From Alloascoidea hylecoeti (Eukaryota), in contig BCKZ01000012.1 in assembly GCA_001600815.1 (NCBI GenBank), positions 547,546 through 611,545 on the forward strand: a stretch of DNA of 64,000 nt, written 5' to 3'. The position numbers were made by a program, and so were the translations under genes. Positions within the stretch are counted from its first letter, which is position 1. Every line of letters begins with the position of its first letter. This document shows positions 34,581 to 47,159 of the stretch, piece by piece. Under the pieces are notes generated by a model, which was not told the DNA's origin, searched no databases, and saw only the letters and a list, made by a program, of their open reading frames with translations.

Positions 34581-34987
34581 TTAGTTCCCATTCCCTTTCA
34601 CCAAATTAACTGCACTACTCACAACATTTTGAGCTTTTGTACCAAAGCTAATCCAATCGATATTATAAAACCAGTTTACACCTTTGATAATCTCGGCATC
34701 CCAAAGATCTTTTGCGGTCTCGGTTATAGATATACGTGATTCATATTCAATCTTTAAAGGAGGGTATATTCTGGCATTATGAATATTGTCAAGTGTGTAC
34801 TTTGATTCTTGTAACCTTCGTGAAACGAATTTGGAGTTTTTGTGAAAGTCCTGGGCTGTAAAATAGGCCAATGAAGAAGTGACCAAAGCGCCTGAAAACG
34901 AAAGATGAGCATTAGATATGAATGCCTTCATTTACATTAAGTAATTTTAAATATCATACCTGCCAAAAAACCGTGGATTCTTCCCAT
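34581..34987 (-). CDS. MIC12: MICOS subunit Mic12 (Aim5); exons 34987-34960, 34891-34581
   Basis: Spliced MGRIHGFLAGALVTSSLAYFT...SITETAKDLWDAEIIKGVNW fits the Mic12 pattern; GTATGA...CAG intron. Confidence 0.82.
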
Positions 34988-35158
34988 TATGGTAGTTTAA
35001 TTGAATAACAGTTCTGGTGGTCAACCAGTCAATCATAGCTCAATAATTAACCGAAACTGTGTATATTTCAGAACGGGGTGTTTATTACCGTCCGTTTTGC
35101 AACTCCAAAATTTCCGCTAGAGATTTGGAGATATTCTATTCATCAGAATTAATTGATC

Positions 35159-35922
35159 ATGGTTCATAGACATTTAAGCAGGTATGTATTTTATGTTGTC
35201 AATTATCTGGTCTGACGTGCTATTTTACTGAATCAATTACTGACAACTTTTTTCAACAGAACTGCTTCTCATAGAAGTGCTTTAATGAGAAATTTAGCTA
35301 CTTCCTTGATTGAGAAAGAGTCTATTGTTACAACATGGGCTAAAGCTAAGGAAGCTCAGAGTCATGTAGAAAGAATGATTACCATGTCTAAGAATAAAGA
35401 CCCGGAGAAAGCTAGATCTCTTGTTCAAGGCCAAATTTTTGTAAGTATCCGTCATTAAGAAATTAATCAAGTACTAATATCTAACAAAAAAAATTATAGA
35501 ATCAGGGAGTTACTCTACCTAAAATATTTGGAGAATTATCTGAGAGATATGCAAATAGGGAAGGAGGATATACACGAGTCATTCGTATGGAACCTAGAAT
35601 AGATGATCAAGCAGAACAAGCTATTCTTGAATTGGTGGATGGAAAGCGAGAAGCTAAATTTTTCCTAACAGCTAGAATAGTAGCCAGATTAGAACGACAA
35701 AGTCTACCATTAGATCCACTTACACAAAATAATGTCCGACAGTTACTTAAATTTAGAAAAGATGGGGAACAGGTTTTCAGGGAGACAGTTGAATGGATGA
35801 AAACGGAGTTTTATAGCACATCAGAAAGTATAGAGAATCTTCCGCCACCAATAACTACCCAAAGGAGCAAACGCCGTCATCAAGGTATCAAATATCTAGC
35901 CAAACCAGAGATAGCAAATTAG
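35159..35922 (+). CDS. MRPL8: Mitochondrial ribosomal protein bL17m; exons 35159-35181, 35260-35440, 35500-35922
   Basis: Spliced [38 protein letters not shown]...[32 protein letters not shown] (L17 signature). Confidence 0.92.
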
Positions 35923-36570
35923 GTGAAGCACAGTTAACAATTGAACGAATGATAAATATTGTTGTATATAGTTGGTTCATAAACATATTGCTAATATAAT
36001 ACATCTAAATTCAGGCATATTTTGGGTAACTAACTTACTTTTCCTGTTCAGAACTCTCAACTTAGTTTTGTTTCAAGATCAACTAATTGTCTCCTATAAA
36101 TATGGAGATCTATGGATCCAGAAAAATGTTTTGCAAGTGACAAAAGAATTAGTAGATAAATCAATTCGTTTCTGTGTTATTTTTGCTACAATTAAAGCAC
36201 TATTCTATAAATAATAAATATTCATGATTTTGAAATAGATGAACTGTTATACAATGTAATTAACATCAAATCAGAAAGGCCCAGATTCGAAGAGTAAGAT
36301 GGCCCCTCAACAGAACCCTAAATGATTTGTCTAACAAATAAGAAAATTACTCAGTTATTCAAATGCAAATCTCTTTGTAACAGTTTTAGTGAATTTGAAT
36401 AAAATTAGAGATTTTATATCTACTGCTATGGTTCTCTCTATTCTGATATATACGTAGAGATGAGAATTCTAAGCGTATATGTGATACCCCAACTTGTCCG
36501 GCTAATTTTCAAAAGTCTAACCAGCCAATACAACTCGAAACCTCCGAAATCCTATTCTTCATCGTCAACA

Positions 36571-37886
36571 ATGTTCACTTCTCGTTTGGGATTAACTGCC
36601 GCTTCAGCTGCTAGAGCACAAGCAAGGTAAGTCTTTTTAATATTTCTTATATTTCAAATCAATGATTCTGTTTGAAGGAATGAGTTGGTGTCAGAGAGTT
36701 GGATTCCCGGGAATCGACATTGTCGCAGATTACCTAAAGTTTCCACAAAAATTAATACATCATAAATCTTGCTGTAATCAAATCATAATTCCGGTGGTAA
36801 TACTGCTTAAATTACTTTCTTGTTCTTGTTGGATGTCAATTGTGTTGTTTTGTGTTGAGGTTGATATTTTAGATTCCGGACAAGCTTGATTGGTGGAGCT
36901 GCATGGAAACGTTGAAAGGGGATTGGTGAAGATCTCATCACAAATATCGACGTAGAACCATCAAATTTATTCCATCAAACAATATGAAATTGACGAAGAA
37001 TTAGAGGAATCACATAATGAAACAATATAAGACTGTTACTGACATATTTTTATCTAGTAGAAACTATGCTACTCTACGTGAAATCGAGACTAGACTTAAG
37101 TCAATTAAGAACATTGAGAAGATCACAGCTACCATGAAGATTGTTGCCTCCACCAAATTGAACAAGGCTCAACGTGCCATGACTGTTTCTCGTGTTTACA
37201 ACGCTCCTGAAGCTGAAGTTTTCAAGACTGCAGAAACCAAGGCACCTGAACCAACTGCTGAAGGTAAGAAATTAATCATTTCTGCTACTTCCGATAAAGG
37301 TCTCTGTGGTTCCATCCATTCCTCTATTGCTCGTGCCACAAGAGCAAGATTGGCTGAATTTCCAACTGCTGATGTAGTTGCCATTGGTGAGAAGACCAAA
37401 GCTCAATTATCCAGAACTCATCCAAATAATCTTGTTCTTTCCTTTAGTGGTATTGGTAAGGAAGTCCCAACTTTCACCGAAGCTGCTTTAGTTATTGATC
37501 AAATCATCGCACTTGGTAAAGAATACGAAACTATTGAAATCTTCTACAACAAATTCACTTCCGGTGTTTCTTTTGATTCTGTTTCCAAACCAGTTTTCAC
37601 TGCTAAGGATTTTGAAGCCTCCACTGCCGTCGGTGTTTACGACGTCGAAGTTGACGACACTCTATCTAAGCCATTAGCTGAATTCAATTTGGTTAACTCC
37701 TTGTACGCTGCTTTAGCTGAAGGCCATGCTTCTGAAATTTCTGCTAGAAGAAACTCTATGGACAATGCTTCCAAGAACGCTGGTGATATGATTAGCAAAT
37801 ACTCTATTCTTTACAATAGAACCCGTCAAGCCGTCATTACCAACGAGTTGGTTGATATCATTACTGGTGCATCTTCATTGGATTAA
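36571..37886 (+). CDS. ATP3: Mitochondrial F1 ATP synthase gamma subunit; exons 36571-36626 and 37058(or 37061)-37886
   Basis: Presequence MFTSRLGLTAASAARAQA then RNYATLREIETRLKSIKNIEKIT, SDKGLCG, RTRQAVITNELVDIITGA. GTAAGT...TACTGAC...TAGTAG intron. Confidence 0.96.
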
Positions 37887-39029
37887 GCTGGGTAATTGCT
37901 ATATATATTAACGTTACAAGTATATATTAAATAAAAGAAAAAGATACAACAAATTTTACATTCTAAATTACATTAAATATAAATTTAATTTGATGTCATT
38001 AGTAATTATATCTCTATGTGTTTGTAGTATCATCGATTGTAGATTGGAATTAGCGAATATTATATCTGATTTTTTGAATTTAATGTTCACCATATAGTTA
38101 TTAGTTATGTGTATATCCAGATCCATGGAATTTCAAAGGCCAATGCCAAATTGCCAATAGAAATGAATACGCATTTAATATTGCCATAAATATATGGTAA
38201 TTATAAATGCCCCTACAAATTCTAAATTAATTATATCATAACTAGGCTTGAACCAATCGCAATCTGTGTATACAGTTGATGACAAGAAAAAACGAGTTCG
38301 ACTTCGTCCAAGATTACATAATATATATATATATAATATGGTTACATAAATTTAATATTCTCACATAATCATATCATGTGATCGTTTTAAAACTGCCATT
38401 AGGTCGCGCAAAAATGCTTGAGCTCGAGGGAGCTCGAACTGAACAAAACATTTGGCTGAGAAGGTCGATTAGAAACACATAGTGGCGATGTTAATAGTTC
38501 TACGCTTCTTTACATTTTGCTCTTCGTGAGTGTGTGCTGATGGTATTTTATCTGGCAAATTTGCTATTTTTACAAACTCTTCTTTCAAACTCATTGTGTT
38601 ATCAATTAATAATAGTTTAAGAACTAGGGGATATTTATCAGTTTAAATACAGATGTAAAGTAATTTCACTTAATTCTGTCCATCTGGGAAAATTTGGACG
38701 GACAAATTTGACCACTTTTTGTATGGTAAAACCGAAAAATTACAAACCACCTTGGACGAAAGTAGGTGGACGATCCTAACATCATCAACTGTATTACACT
38801 TCAATATTTTTGTAAGTAATTAAGTAAGTATTAATCTAGCTGTTAAAATCCTAGATTGGGTTATTTTCAATTAGAAAACGCCCAGTATCATTGGATCTAG
38901 ATAACACTAATTTCAATAGATAACACTTTTGAAAACTTAGAATACCGACCCATTTCACCAATTGAAAATATAGGATACTTATATTGTTAATTACATTATT
39001 ATCTAATATAAAACGTTTTATCAGAGAAC

Positions 39030-40238
39030 TCATCGATAATAGTTTGGGGTAATGAAAGGCATCTTCTTCAATTCACCTTCTCTATATTTTCCTCTAACTA
39101 GGACAGAAATTTTGGTACCACTCTTAGTAAACTCTCTATCGACATATGCCATACCTATGTTAGCACCAACAGAAGGAGATGGTAACCCACTTGTGACATA
39201 ACCGATTTCTTTCGCTTTATCAGCGGTGAATATTTTACATCCATCTCGTGCAGCAGGGCCAGTGACCGTAAAGCCAACACGTTTTCTCTTTACCAATGTT
39301 TTATCCTTAATCTGTGCTAATATCTTAGAGGCACCATTAAAATCACCTTTTTCTCTTCTTGCCTTGTTAACAACCCAGGTTAACGTGGCCTCAATTGGAG
39401 TAATTTCTTCTGATAATTCATGACCATATAAACACATTCCCGCCTCTAAACGTAAGGAGTCTCTAGCAGCAAGACCTATAGGTTTCACTACATCAGGATT
39501 TTCAGACAATAATAATCTAGCAAAATCAAGGGATGCAACATCATCGGGTATAGAGATTTCAAACCCATCTTCTCCTGTATATCCACCCCTAGCTGCATGG
39601 AATTGAGCACCATTACCCACCGGTAGGTCAATGAAAGCACTTTGACCAAATTTGATTTGAGATAGGTCATATTTGGTGAATTTTTGTAAAGTGGCAGCAA
39701 CTTCTGGACCTTGTAAAGCCAATAAACCACCAGTGATGATTTCATGTTTGACCGATGGGAAATTGGCATTAATTTCCTTCTTTATGAAAGCTAAGTCCTT
39801 TTCACGACAGCCTGCATTGGTTACAACATAAAATTCATTGTCACCATGTTTACTTATAATTGTATCATCAATAACACCACCTTCTTCATTAAGAAGCACT
39901 GATAAGGTAGAATGGAAATCTTTTAGTCCATCATTAGCCAAGGCACTAGGTGTGATTTTCTCTAATAATGCAGTAGCATCAGGACCAGCGAATCTATGCT
40001 GTAGCATATGAGAAACGTCAAATAATCCAGCTTTTGTTCTCGTCCACTTGTGTGAATCAATGTGAGATTGTCCTTTATATAGAACTGGCATTGAATACCC
40101 TGCGTAAGGGACCATTGTAGCGTTATTTTCAACATGAAGATCAAATAAGGGAGTTTTCACAAGGGTTGATGACGAGGAATACCGTTTGGTGATTATCGGG
40201 AGCCTTAAGCTCGTTTGTGATACTTTTTTGAATGTCAT
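39030..40238 (-). CDS. GCV1: Glycine cleavage system T protein (aminomethyltransferase)
   Basis: KTPLFDLH, GLFDVSHM, RGGYTGEDGFEIS, GLAARDSLRLEAGMCLYG; mitochondrial presequence. Confidence 0.96.
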   Translation of the reverse strand: MTFKKVSQTSLRLPIITKRYSSSSTLVKTPLFDLHVENNATMVPYAGYSMPVLYKGQSHIDSHKWTRTKAGLFDVSHMLQHRFAGPDATALLEKITPSALANDGLKDFHSTLSVLLNEEGGVIDDTIISKHGDNEFYVVTNAGCREKDLAFIKKEINANFPSVKHEIITGGLLALQGPEVAATLQKFTKYDLSQIKFGQSAFIDLPVGNGAQFHAARGGYTGEDGFEISIPDDVASLDFARLLLSENPDVVKPIGLAARDSLRLEAGMCLYGHELSEEITPIEATLTWVVNKARREKGDFNGASKILAQIKDKTLVKRKRVGFTVTGPAARDGCKIFTADKAKEIGYVTSGLPSPSVGANIGMAYVDREFTKSGTKISVLVRGKYREGELKKMPFITPNYYR

Positions 40239-40448
40239 GTCAGTAATTGGTATATAAATCTAACAGCAAGTGATTGTGATATCGATGGATGAAACTTCTA
40301 AAGGATGGTGGGATCGGGTAACTTTATATGGAATTTGAAGATAATGATGCACCGAGTCAAAAATCACCGAGTCCTGGAGTTACAGACTACAATATGATGA
40401 GTTTCTAATAATTAAATATATGTACTATTCACGTAAAGGATCCACTAA

Positions 40449-41338
<890 letters not shown>

Positions 41339-41744
41339 GATGAGCCTGTTTAATATGTTGATTAATTGCACTAGCTAACAGATCCAAGTTAAAAATTATG
41401 GTCACCAAATAGCTGATACTCGAGGACTTATATATAATCCAGTCTTATTACCTTTGCTTTTGAAAAATAAATAGGAAGGTAGCGTTGCACGCCCTTAACT
41501 ACGTGTCTGGTTGTACTTTGTCTCTGGCTGGTGTTAGGGTGTATGCTATTAACCCAGCAATCTACGTTATAATTTATGAACTTCGACGTTAACTATTATT
41601 AATTAAACTGTAGAACGTATACATTGTAATCGCAATATTAATCGGTAATTATATTATAACCTGATGAATGTCACTTTCTAAATATGAACAAAAACTATCA
41701 ACTAACCCACAAACTATCATGCATATTGTTTGTAAACTTAACAA

Positions 41745-42860
41745 TTACTCATGATCAGATGTATCTCTTTTATTACGATCTTCGGCTGCTTTTCGAAGAA
41801 CATCTCTAACATTATCTGAAGATGTTGAGGAAGAGCTGGATGCAGAACTACTCGAACCGCTCGAATTTCCAAGGATATAAGAGCCACCAACTAAACCACC
41901 TCCATCGACATGGTCTGCTTCTTCTTTGCTGTAGACAGATCTGTCCGGAGAGGTATAAACCTCTCCTAAAGCATGGCCTCGACTTCCATATGGGTCGAGT
42001 TTTATCACCTCTTGCTCTAACTGCTTACACAACCCCCAAAACTGTTCATCGTGCTCAGAGAAAACGTTATGTGCTAATTCGTGGCATAATACATTACGAA
42101 TAGAATTATAATCTCTGAATCCTCCATAATCATCTGTCCTTAATCTTAAAAGAATGACTTCACCCTTATTCCGATTAAGTCCCAAAAGTTTTACTTCATG
42201 AGTGGAATTGCTAGCAGGGTCTAATTCCGTTAATACTGGAACCTTCCATTTATGTTTCTCCATAACAGCACACACACCCCTGTCATTTTTAAGTCTGTTC
42301 AACAAAACCCCTGCAAGCCTGGAATCCGCAAAATGTGGTAGAGGAACAACTTTTTCAAAGGTGTATTGTGAGGAGGCGACCGTGCGTGGTGTATTCATAG
42401 CGGAAGCAACAAAGCTTCGGTAACCATTGTTTCTGGGTTGATAGCGTCGCTGTTGATCTATAAGGGAGTTTGCTTCGGCTTGTTGCATCTTTTTTAGTTC
42501 TTTGGGGGTGCTTCCAATAAGCATTATTTTTCTTTGGTTTGGGTTCTTTAAAAGAGAAAATAGCTCGACATCCTTATCAATCTGGGTAGAAGCTTTAATC
42601 AAACCAAACTTAGAAGCAAACAGTTTTTGGAACTCAGGAGGAATTCCAGTCTCATTTTCTATTCTATCTTGTAGACCCCCAACAGTTAAATCTGAACTTA
42701 TTCCATCAAAGTGATATATGTTTCCTTTGAATGAAACATCAAGCGGGATAGTTTCGACCGGGTCATGTGAAGGTTGTTGCAGATTCTCAACAACGCCACC
42801 ATGCACCGTTATCGGGCTGGAAGGACCACTAGAAGGATAACGATCTATTGTACTTGCCAT
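41745..42860 (-). CDS. Ubiquitin-like + WLM metalloprotease (Wss1-family, UBL-WLM type)
   Basis: N-terminal UBL (TVGGLQDRIENETGIPPEFQKL...IMLIGS); WLM LLGLNRNKG..I.LRLR, HELAH...HD..FW. Confidence 0.88.
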   Translation of the reverse strand: MASTIDRYPSSGPSSPITVHGGVVENLQQPSHDPVETIPLDVSFKGNIYHFDGISSDLTVGGLQDRIENETGIPPEFQKLFASKFGLIKASTQIDKDVELFSLLKNPNQRKIMLIGSTPKELKKMQQAEANSLIDQQRRYQPRNNGYRSFVASAMNTPRTVASSQYTFEKVVPLPHFADSRLAGVLLNRLKNDRGVCAVMEKHKWKVPVLTELDPASNSTHEVKLLGLNRNKGEVILLRLRTDDYGGFRDYNSIRNVLCHELAHNVFSEHDEQFWGLCKQLEQEVIKLDPYGSRGHALGEVYTSPDRSVYSKEEADHVDGGGLVGGSYILGNSSGSSSSASSSSSTSSDNVRDVLRKAAEDRNKRDTSDHE

Positions 42861-43517
42861 TATTATTATATGTATCGTCTTAGCTGTTTATCCCAGTATT
42901 TTCAAGAGGAGGGTCGTGTAAAATAGTTGGAGAGGATGGCAAAGAGAGAAGATAAGAAGAGAAAGAGTCAGGAGAAGATATGATATAAATAGGCTCAGGA
43001 CTGCCTACTTAATAAAGATGATGCTGTGCATCACACATTATATTTTACTGCATTGAATGCGTAATATCACACCTTAAATTAACACTAAATATATTACAAA
43101 TCATCTGAAGTTTCAACGATATAAAGTAAACACCGTTCACAGCTATGTCTTCATAATTATACGTACAAACCCGGATCACAGTTATGCCATTATTAATGAT
43201 GTATGGAGAGCCTGCTTTCAGGCAGCTGAATAATAGTATGCGATAATACATGTGACAATTAATTTTGTGGGTCTCTCGGAATAAATATTATCAGTCAGAG
43301 CCCATAATTCCCATTAGCCTTGACTGGAAATGGTTTAAATCAGATCTTGATAGCACTTACAATTAAATGCCTTGTACAATTTTCAACTCTAACTTATATC
43401 TTCTGTACTTTTAATATACAGTATATTCGGTTTCGAATTCACAGAATATATTCAACAACTGGGAATAAAAGTATAAATTACATAATAGCTATATTTTATT
43501 ATTACTGTTAGATATTG

Positions 43518-44603
43518 TTATTCAGGAAACTTTTCTTTCCAAGTATTATACCACTTTGTGTAACCATCTTCTTGTTTGGTTGTCATATCCACTGTAACAT
43601 ACACCACCAAATTATCTGCTATTTTGAAAACAGATTTTTCAGCATCTTCAAGTTCTGCTATCGAATGTGTTAAAATTGTCGCTACAAAATCATCTACCGA
43701 AGCCGATAAACTGTCCATTTGTGATAAAATAAAATTGATTTGTGTTCCCGAACATTGTTGTATCCTTCTCTTATTAATGCTACTAAACAAGATTTTCAAT
43801 AATTTCAATTTTTTCGTCCAATTTGTGGCATGCGGTAGAAGAATTTTCACGTTATCTTCATTAGCTATTTTCTTATCTTCATCTGCTTCATCTTCTAAAT
43901 CATCTGTAAATGCAAGTTCGAAGGGGTCGTCTGAACATGTTGGATCTTCGACCCATTCAGATAATTCTGAAAGAGCATCATCAATGAGTTCATTATAATT
44001 TAAAACACTTTTTTTGGCTATTCCAGAAATCCCCAACTTTTCAATGCTTTCAATCTTATCACAACACCTCCATATCTTAGCAACTGACACTAATCTGATA
44101 TCAACTTGATCTAATTCCTCTGGTTGAATTTTTGTGCTTTTTTTACTTGTTGTCTCTGCTTTAAGGGTATTGTCATCAACATAGTCCAGAGTTTTAGCTT
44201 CTTTTAATAGATTTGAATATGTAGAGAGTAATTCAATAATGTATTGTTTCAATTCGGTTTTTAACGCCGAGCTGAATTTATCTTCATCGATTTGATTGAA
44301 TAAGCTGACTAATAATAATAATGTTTTGCTCACATCGTTTAGGGTAGAATTAGCAGCATTGGGATGCACAGGAGGCTTGAATACTAAACCGACTTTTGTT
44401 GTATGTGCTCGGATCAATGAGGCTACCTTTGCAATTTCATTCAGAGGATCTTTTAAGTCTGTAGTTGATGATGAATCGATCTTGACTTGTTCATCAAACT
44501 TTGCGGTGTCTGATAATAAAACCGACCAATATTTAAGAGCCTCATCAAACGAGCTAATTGTGTCAAAAAGTTCCTTTTTTGTTGCTTTCACTTCAAATGA
44601 CAT
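43518..44603 (-). CDS. Helical protein, probable GCIP/CCNDBP1 (Grap2 and cyclin-D-interacting) domain
   Basis: LIRAHTTKVGL, RLVSVAKIWRCCD, LIDDALSELSEW followed by an acidic linker; family assignment from memory. Confidence 0.6.
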   Translation of the reverse strand: MSFEVKATKKELFDTISSFDEALKYWSVLLSDTAKFDEQVKIDSSSTTDLKDPLNEIAKVASLIRAHTTKVGLVFKPPVHPNAANSTLNDVSKTLLLLVSLFNQIDEDKFSSALKTELKQYIIELLSTYSNLLKEAKTLDYVDDNTLKAETTSKKSTKIQPEELDQVDIRLVSVAKIWRCCDKIESIEKLGISGIAKKSVLNYNELIDDALSELSEWVEDPTCSDDPFELAFTDDLEDEADEDKKIANEDNVKILLPHATNWTKKLKLLKILFSSINKRRIQQCSGTQINFILSQMDSLSASVDDFVATILTHSIAELEDAEKSVFKIADNLVVYVTVDMTTKQEDGYTKWYNTWKEKFPE

Positions 44604-44724
44604 TTAAATCTTGTTTTAAAGGATCTAAAAATTTCAAAAGCACACAATTAGTGTGTCAGTTACCCTGCCGTATATACCTTCCAGAGTGTCTTTCGTGGAT
44701 TGTAATTAAGGCTTCTACACCAGC

Positions 44725-46978
44725 ATGGATAAACAGCTAATCAATACAGTCAACAAGCTACAGGTATGTTCAAACGTCAATTATATTCTCATGAGAATTA
44801 GGGAACTTTTTTTTGCTAACGATAGGATCTCGTTGGTTTATAGGACGCTCTTGGCTCACTTGGAGCTGGATCGAATATAGATCTCCCCCAAATCACGGTT
44901 GTAGGGTCTCAATCTAGTGGCAAAAGTTCAGTCCTAGAAAACATTGTCGGAAGAGACTTCTTACCGAGAGGAAGTGGTATTGTCACACGTCGTCCTTTGG
45001 TATGCATCATCCATTTGACTTGTTTATATATCATATACCCCCTTACCTAAAGGTGTCTAATCTTTGTATTTGCTTTTAGATTTTACAACTTATAACTACG
45101 CGAAAAACACTCCCAGCAGCTTCATCCGAAAATTCATTAGTAGATTTAAACAATAAAACCGAGCAGAATGATATTAAAGGTGAGGAATGGGGCGAGTTTC
45201 TTCACCTGCCAGGAAAGAAGTTTTATGATTTCAACGAGATAAGGAATGAAATCACCAGAGAAACTGAGACTAAAGTTGGAACCAATGCTGGAATTTCCTC
45301 GATCCCCATTAATCTTCGAATACATTCCCCCAATGTGCTGACTTTGACGTTAGTGGATCTCCCTGGTCTAACAAAAGTTCCTGTAGGAGACCAACCAAAA
45401 GATATAGAGAGACAAATCAAAAAAATGTTATTAACATATATTTCAAAACCAAATGCAATTATTTTATCAGTAACTGCTTCAAATACCGATCTAGCAAATT
45501 CAGATGGCTTAAAATTAGCAAGAGAAGTTGACCCTGAAGGATCAAGAACAATTGGCGTTTTGACAAAAATCGATTTAATGGATAAAGGAACGGATGTTAT
45601 AGATATCCTTGCTGGAAGGGTTATCCCTTTAAAATATGGCTATGTCCCTGTTATCAACCGTAGTCAACAAGATATTTCTACAAACAAAAGTATTAAGTAT
45701 GCACTAAAAGCCGAAAAGGACTTTTTTGAAAATCATCCATCATATCGAGCAAATGCACAGTACTGTGGTACTCCCTTTTTGGCAAGGAAGTTAAATATGA
45801 TATTGAGACATCATATCAAGTCTACACTCCCTGATATCAAGAACAAAGTTAATATAAGTCTTGCTCAATACAGAAAAGAATTGAGTCAATTAGGAGAACC
45901 GATTAGTGGTTCAGAGTCTGCTATCATTTTAAATTCAATAAGTGAATTTTCTCGCCGGTTTAATTCTATCTTGGAGGGTAAAGGCAGGGATATTTCAACT
46001 GTAGAACTTCAAGGAGGTGCTCGTATTGCTTTTGTTATGCAAGAAATTTACCATAATGCTATATACAGTATTGATCCCTTTGACCAGTTGAATGATTCTG
46101 AAATTCGAGTCATTTATTATAACAGTTCAGGATCATCTCCTTCGTTATTTATTGGAACACAAGCCTTCGAGAAAATTGTCAAACAACAACTTCAAAGATT
46201 TGAAGCACCAAGTCTAAAGTGCGTTTCACTAGTATATGACGAACTTATTCTTGTTGTTAATCAAGCATTACAATCATCTAAAATAAAAAGGTATCCAGCA
46301 TTACAAGATCGCCTTTCTTCAAATGTATTGGAAATTGTTAGACAGGGAATTCCTCAAACCAAAGAATTTGTGAAGGATATTATAAAATCACAAGTGAACT
46401 ATGTTAACTCATTACATCCAGATTTGATTACCGGCCATCGGGCTCTAGCATTAGCAGATGAGCGTCTTAATGGTATACCGGCATCAACCCCAACAGGGGC
46501 TGTTGCGAAGGGATCCCCTAGGACCCCAAGACATTCTACAAGTAATAGTCGCTCTTCTACACCAGATCTAGATGGTAAGAACTCGACTGGTGGTAGTGGA
46601 TTTTTTGGTGGATTCTTTTCTAAAAATAAAAAGCGTTCCAGTTTGATGGAAGCACCACCTCAGAATCTTAAAGCTTCAGCTGTCATGACAGACAAAGAGA
46701 CTATGGATATTGAAGTAATTAAAATTCTTGTTAATTCATATTTTGAAATTATGAAGAGGGAAATTGCTGACAGTATTCCTAAAGCAATTGTTTTAAAATT
46801 GGTAAAATATGCCAAAGATAACATGCAAATGCAATTGCTTGAAAAAATGTATAAAGCTAGCGGAGAAGCTGAAGAATTACTCAAAGAAAGTTCTAGTGTT
46901 GTTGAAAGACGTGAGAATTGTAAGCGAATGGTTGAAAGTTTAACAAAGGCTTCTGAAATAGTTGCTACCGTCCGATAA
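44725..46978 (+). CDS. VPS1: Dynamin-related GTPase, Vps1-like; exons 44725-44763, 44844-44999, 45080-46978
   Basis: [93 protein letters not shown] insert B, GED. Confidence 0.88.
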
Positions 46979-47159
46979 TTTTGCTATATACTTATTTCTT
47001 ATATGGTTTTGTTTAATATTGTTACTATGTTTTACCTGACTTCATACTGACCCTGATACGGTCGAATAATCATCCTTATATAAGTTATAGAACTAATTTG
47101 GCATTAAATTAGTATTTTTCATTATAGCATGCGCATAAACTTATATATTATACACTTTT

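Noticed and set aside
36662..36889. 75-aa ORF inside the ATP3 intron
   Set aside because: No recognisable motif; the region is explained as a structured intron.
38405..38500. Possible tRNA on the minus strand (GTTCGA followed by T5)
   Set aside because: No T-stem, acceptor stem or anticodon arm could be folded; kept only as a weak finding.
38745..38775. Possible hammerhead ribozyme (GGACGAAA within a stem)
   Set aside because: The required CUGAnGA core and stem II partner are not present at suitable spacing.
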